Source of the DNA: a virus
Lineage: Duplodnaviria; Heunggongvirae; Uroviricota; Caudoviricetes
DNA length: 8,137 nt
IMG/VR virus record: IMGVR_UViG_2778261702_000016
Strand: one strand, 5' to 3'
Shown here piece after piece: positions 7,517-8,137 of this stretch. Both the position numbers and the translations under genes were made by a program. The notes under the pieces are model-generated. The model made no database searches. It saw only the letters and a list, made by a program, of their open reading frames with translations, and was not told the origin of the DNA. Positions within the stretch are counted from its first letter, which is position 1, and every line of letters begins with the position of its first letter.

Positions 7517-7673
7517 AGCTTCAGCCCCTTGTATCCGTTAAATGATTCGGCAACAATCATCACCCACCACGCGCGTAATCTCACCCCTGCGCCGTTCTCC
7601 CGCCACGGCGACAACAAAAAGCAGTAACCCCCTCCGCACGCACATGCGACCATGCCGCACAGGGAGGGAACAG

Positions 7674-7940
7674 ATGACCGACACCACCATGCAATTGCTC
7701 AGTCAGGGCACAGACCACGTGAAAGTGCCGGATTTTGATATTCTCGCGGAGGGTAAAACGCTGTCAGGCGTGGCAGAGCGCCTGATGAGCCTGTCACTGA
7801 CCGACAACCGGGGATTTGAGGCGGACCAGCTCACCATCACGCTGGATGATGCAGATGGTCAGTTGCAGCTACCGCCACGGGGCGCGCGCCTGACGGTTCT
7901 CATTGGCTGGAAAGGAGAACCGCTGACAGAAAAAGGCACT
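7674..7940 (+). pseudogene. Phage late control gene D (gpD family tail protein), 3'-truncated after codon 89
   Basis: ATG 7674 preceded by GGGAGGG; MTDTTMQLLSQGTDHVKVPDFDILAEGKTLSGVAERLMSLSLTDNRGFEADQLTITLDDADGQLQLPPRGARLTVLIGWKGEPLTEKGT matches the gpD N-terminus (SLTDNRGFEAD.LTITLDD motif), then homology stops at 7941 and the frame terminates within 20 codons. Confidence 0.8.
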
Positions 7941-8010
7941 TGTAGATTCAATCTGTCAATGCAACACCCCTTTCAATTATCTCTTTCGGTGTTTTGAACT
8001 TCAGTGTCTT
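7941..8010 (+). mobile_element. Terminal fragment of an IS30-family element (inverted-repeat end), truncated by the IS3-family insertion at 8011
   Basis: 7941..7966 TGTAGATTCAATCTGTCAATGCAACA matches 23 of 26 positions of the IS30 terminal inverted repeat as I recall it (TGTAGATTCAATTGGTCAACGCAACA); starts exactly where gpD homology ends. Confidence 0.5.
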
Positions 8011-8137
8011 TGAACCGCCCCGGAAATCCTGGAGACTAAACTCCCTGAGAAAGAGGTAAACAGGATGACTAAAAATACTCGTTTTTCCCCCGAAGTCCGT
8101 CAGCGGGCGATTCGTATGGTTCTGGAAAGTCAGGATG
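8011..8137 (+). mobile_element. Second IS3-family insertion sequence (IS629-group, distinct variant), left end; runs off window
   Basis: Starts TGAACCGCCCCGGAAATCCTGGAGACTAAACTCCCTGAGAAAGAGGTAAACAGG; 118 of 127 aligned bases match the reverse complement of 513..639. Confidence 0.9.
8065..8137 (+). CDS. IS3-family transposase OrfA, first 24 codons (partial at window edge)
   Basis: ATG at 8065 after GAGG; translates [24 protein letters not shown], paralogous to the OrfA at 585..259 (V to I at residue 16). Confidence 0.85.
   Translation, partial: MTKNTRFSPEVRQRAIRMVLESQD

Noticed and set aside
6283-7627. ORFs antisense or off-frame within sheath and tube genes (e.g. 6583..6924, 7025..7627)
   Set aside because: Same reasoning; the sheath and tube frames are clearly the real ones.
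7542-7673. N-terminal extension of the gpD ORF starting at 7542
   Set aside because: The extension is Arg/Pro/Ser/Thr-rich with no homology; a GGGAGGG ribosome-binding site precedes the ATG at 7674 where gpD similarity begins.
640-8010. The IS-bracketed segment as an active composite transposon
   Set aside because: The two IS copies differ at 9 of 127 compared positions and the outer ends are outside the window; independent insertions into a prophage are a sufficient explanation.
1-8137. CRISPR arrays, tRNA/rRNA genes, attachment sites
   Set aside because: No regularly spaced direct repeats, no cloverleaf-compatible segments and no recognisable att core were seen.

Overview
The window is a decaying P2-like myovirus tail module lying between two inverted, non-identical IS3-family (IS629-group) insertion sequences. 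On the minus strand: tail sheath (FI homolog, 7516..6332), tail tube (FII, 6332..5820), tail assembly chaperone E with a TTTTTTG programmed -1 frameshift site giving E+E' (5765..5236), tape measure protein (about 5258..2446, broken by a frame change near 3290) and tail protein U (2439..1945). Downstream of U is a conspicuously AT-rich single-gene cargo: a CysE/WcaB-like hexapeptide-repeat acetyltransferase (1788..1216) with its own near-consensus sigma70 promoter and intrinsic terminator. It is followed by a convergent, 5'-truncated tail fiber assembly gene (640..1172) cut by the left IS copy (1..639). At the right end, the first 89 codons of a gpD-family gene (7674..7940, plus strand, divergent from the sheath gene) are cut by a 70-bp IS30-family terminal fragment (7941..8010), itself cut by the second IS3-family copy (8011..end). 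No tRNA, rRNA or CRISPR array was seen. The only candidate for new biology is the autonomous acetyltransferase cargo gene; the rest is recognisable phage-tail and IS sequence in a rearranged, partly inactivated state. All homology calls are from reading the translations, not from database searches.
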